A stretch of 64,000 nt of DNA from Hydrolagus colliei (lineage: Eukaryota). Shown here piece after piece: positions 61,001 through 64,000 of this stretch. The stretch's first letter is position 1. Each line of letters starts with the position of its first letter. Made by a program: the position numbers and the translations under genes. The notes below the pieces were generated by a model. The model did no database searches, was not told the origin of the DNA, and saw only the letters and a program-made list of their open reading frames with translations. Location of the stretch: positions 5,518,001 to 5,582,000 of the forward strand of contig CM068750.1 in the NCBI GenBank assembly GCA_035084275.1. Direction: 5' to 3'.

Positions 61001-64000
61001 TCCATGCTCTGCCTTATCCTATCCCACCGAGTATGATTTGGGATTTGGTTAAAAGTGACCGACTCTATTTAACAGTATATCTTATACTGTACTGTTAAAT
61101 TGTACTTCATTTAAAGCTCTGTGATCATGCAAAGTAGATGCTTTTTCAGAAAATCGTGCATCAGTTTCCTTTACAGTTTCCTTGCTTGAGTCACTTGTAC
61201 ATTCCACCATCTTTTACAGTAGAATCCTTGCATGTACAGTACTGTATTATGGAGCTGAAACAAACTGTCACTATACTGTTAAGAGTGCATTTTGGTAGCC
61301 AAGTTGCACACAGTAAAGCGCCACAAACTGCCATGAAGTGAGTGACCAATTTTATCTGGCCAGATAAACAGAGAAGCAAGTCACTGATTTCTCCATGGGT
61401 AAATTAGAGCAGGATTAATTTCTCTCCTGTCTGGTGGCATGGCATGTCCTTTACTTTACTGCTGAAAACAATCACAACTCCTTAGTTTTGTTAAGTAGGA
61501 GGCCAGATCAAATGCAAAGATTATTATTATTACTACCCCATTTCTGTTTTGCATATGTTCTTCAGATGGTAAAAATAATACTACATTTTTAATGGTGAGA
61601 GATCTATTCTGCTGCTGTAATGGTAACCTCTAGGCTGGCAGTGAACAGTACAATTTTCATAATGAGTTTCGCTACTTCATAATAATGTATCCAATTGGCT
61701 TTCTCATCTTTTCGCCCTGAATATTTTATACTATTTATTTCATTCAACTATGACGTTCAGTCTCAGCTCTCAACACTAACATATTTGGAGATATTTTATT
61801 GCAGTTTTGAAATACTAGCCTTGGTAGTCAGGTAGGAATTATTTCGACCATTTAAGAATAAATACATGAATTCCTTTAAAATCAATGAGTGCAATTACAT
61901 AATATTGTTCTTCAGCCAAACATACTAGAGCTAAGGGCAAGGAAGTAGGAACTATTTAATTATTGTACTTTGCATTAACTATTCAACATTAAATTATAAT
62001 AGACCTCATGAAGAGATATTCAGAATTACAAACTCTAACACGCCACCCATTAACTAAGGCACTGTGGCTTTGCAGAAAAGTAATAAAATTAGTGATCTTT
62101 CCCTTACATCCCATTATATGCAAGTAATGAAAAGATCACTTTGAAGATCACCATTTATAATAATCGGCTTGTGATAAAATTATTTCTAGTGCTTCTTGCT
62201 TGTCATAGGAGTCAATGGAAGAATGAATGATACAGCAATTGTCCAGTTTGTGGGTGGGATTGTGACCCTTCAGAAGAAAAGGGATCTGTATATTGTTGTT
62301 GCAATGTTGTGGGAATTGGCCTCATCGGAATAGACAAGTGTCAATCAAATTCTTCAAAGAGCATCAAAATCAGCAGTGGCTACCCTTTCTCCTTTTCAAA
62401 TGTTATGTTTGATTCCCATTTGTACAGGAGTGAAATTCAATTTAATTTAACATTAGACTGACAGGCTTACTCCAATTTTTGCTGCCACCGTGGTTATATA
62501 AATGAATAAATCAAAATTGTTGGAAGATTTTGAGGTTTGGGGAATACAAGTAGAAGAAATGAAATGCAACATTCTTTTTTGATTCTACTGGTCAGTTTCT
62601 AACACAGGAGGCGAACTAAAACTCACCTTACTTACAGGATGATATGGTATAAGCTATGTTTCAATGCCAGAAACAAGTTTAGACTACCAATGGAAAGAAG
62701 TTAATGAATAGCAGATTATGGTCGTGACATTTGGCAAAGGCTAAAAGCCTAAAGAAGAGAGTACTCTTAGTCACGATGACATTATGGGCAATATACAATA
62801 ATTTATGAAATATTAATGACCTAGCAATAGTACTAAAAGCACAAATGAATCTGATAGAGAAATAATGTAACATTTTCCTGTTATGTATGCAAAGGGTACT
62901 ATGATCTCTATTAAAATGGACAGGATCTATAATGTTCACCGTCTTGGAGGGAGTGCTCTTCAGAGCTTGATTCCTTTCATGAAACAACAGACAAGGCATT
63001 TCATTTATTGGAGGAGCCACAGCAGCAGAAATGACTTTAGCAGAAAGAAGCACAGCTGCTGAATTGAATCGATGAATGGACATAGAGGAGATATAGTGAA
63101 GAGTTTCTGAGAAAGTTTCACACGTTCAACACATGAATGAAGGCCAGCTCTGCGCCATTTACCAATCAGAGGATCCACTACACTGTGACTTATAAACTTC
63201 AATGAATTTAAGCGAATACTGTTCAAATACTGGAATTGTTCAGAAGTGGTGTTTCCGAATTCTATTACTCAATTACATGATTAAAAGACTAGGGTATTTT
63301 AGTTGGATGTAAATGGTTTAAAATACTGCAGACCTGTATGGAATTACCAAGAGGAGCTTCTTGGTGATATTTCAACCCCTTGCAGAACCTACTTCGCTGA
63401 GTAGATCTATATAGTTTCCTATTTATTTGGTTCATACAAGTCACAAAGCATATTGGAGCCTTTGAATCATAGCTGACAAGAGACCAGTGCTTCAGAAGAG
63501 AGAAAGTTGTGGATTTTTAAAAATGAGTGTAAATTATAGTGCTTTGACATATGTGAAATTTTAATGGATTTATTCAACCAGATAATCCATTTCTATCAAC
63601 AGCAAATTCCTCATAGATTAAAGTTTATGGGCATTGAGTAATCTACTGCTATGGTTAGGGCAACATAACAAGAATGGTTCAATTCTGTTCCTTATTCTGT
63701 TCCGTGCTCAAGTGTGGTCCTAGGTGGTTTAAAATAATTTTGCTGGTGGTTATAGAATCAATACTGCAATAAACAAGAGCCACAAGTCTCTGAAATTGAA
63801 ATTTGCTTCACACTAAAACTAATATTCGAGTGAGGTTTTGAGGTGACAATGTACTAAAAACACATTGCACACACTGAAGTGGTGCTAACCTTTGTGGGCA
63901 TAGAGTCACTGATGATTAAGTAACCTGGTACATCTTTAGGAAATACTCTTCATTCCTCTAAATCTAATCTGTGATGTCTCCAAAGCAGGAACAACAAGAA

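Noticed and set aside
1-64000. CRISPR array, prokaryotic operon, rRNA or miR-203 locus
   Set aside because: No regularly spaced repeat-spacer structure, gene-dense ORFs or rRNA motifs. I did not find the mature miR-203 sequence, which would be expected upstream of KIF26A, outside this window.

Overview
AT-rich, CpG-poor vertebrate genomic DNA. The SINE/LINE content suggests a cartilaginous fish, probably a holocephalan such as elephant shark or chimaera (inference). The first ~11.6 kb holds the 3' end of a + strand kinesin gene, KIF26A: three coding exons (6897-7090, 7774-7924, 10066-10244), a probable 21/24-nt microexon with a NAGNAG acceptor (7585-7608), and a ~1.3-kb 3' UTR. The upstream intron carries a CpG-rich 1336-bp non-autonomous DNA transposon (2296-3631; 16-bp TIRs, 5-bp CATTG TSD) and a perfect palindrome with 25-bp arms (5108-5159). 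The remaining ~52 kb has no recognisable host protein-coding gene. It contains tRNA-headed SINEs with L2-type tails, older Deu-domain SINEs (one with a 71-nt near-perfect hairpin), L2 and CR1 fragments, microsatellites and candidate conserved non-coding elements. I found no CRISPR array, rRNA or true tRNA gene, and nothing that I can support as a wholly new biological system. Family names come from recall of consensus sequences, not database searches, and boundaries of degenerate repeats are approximate.
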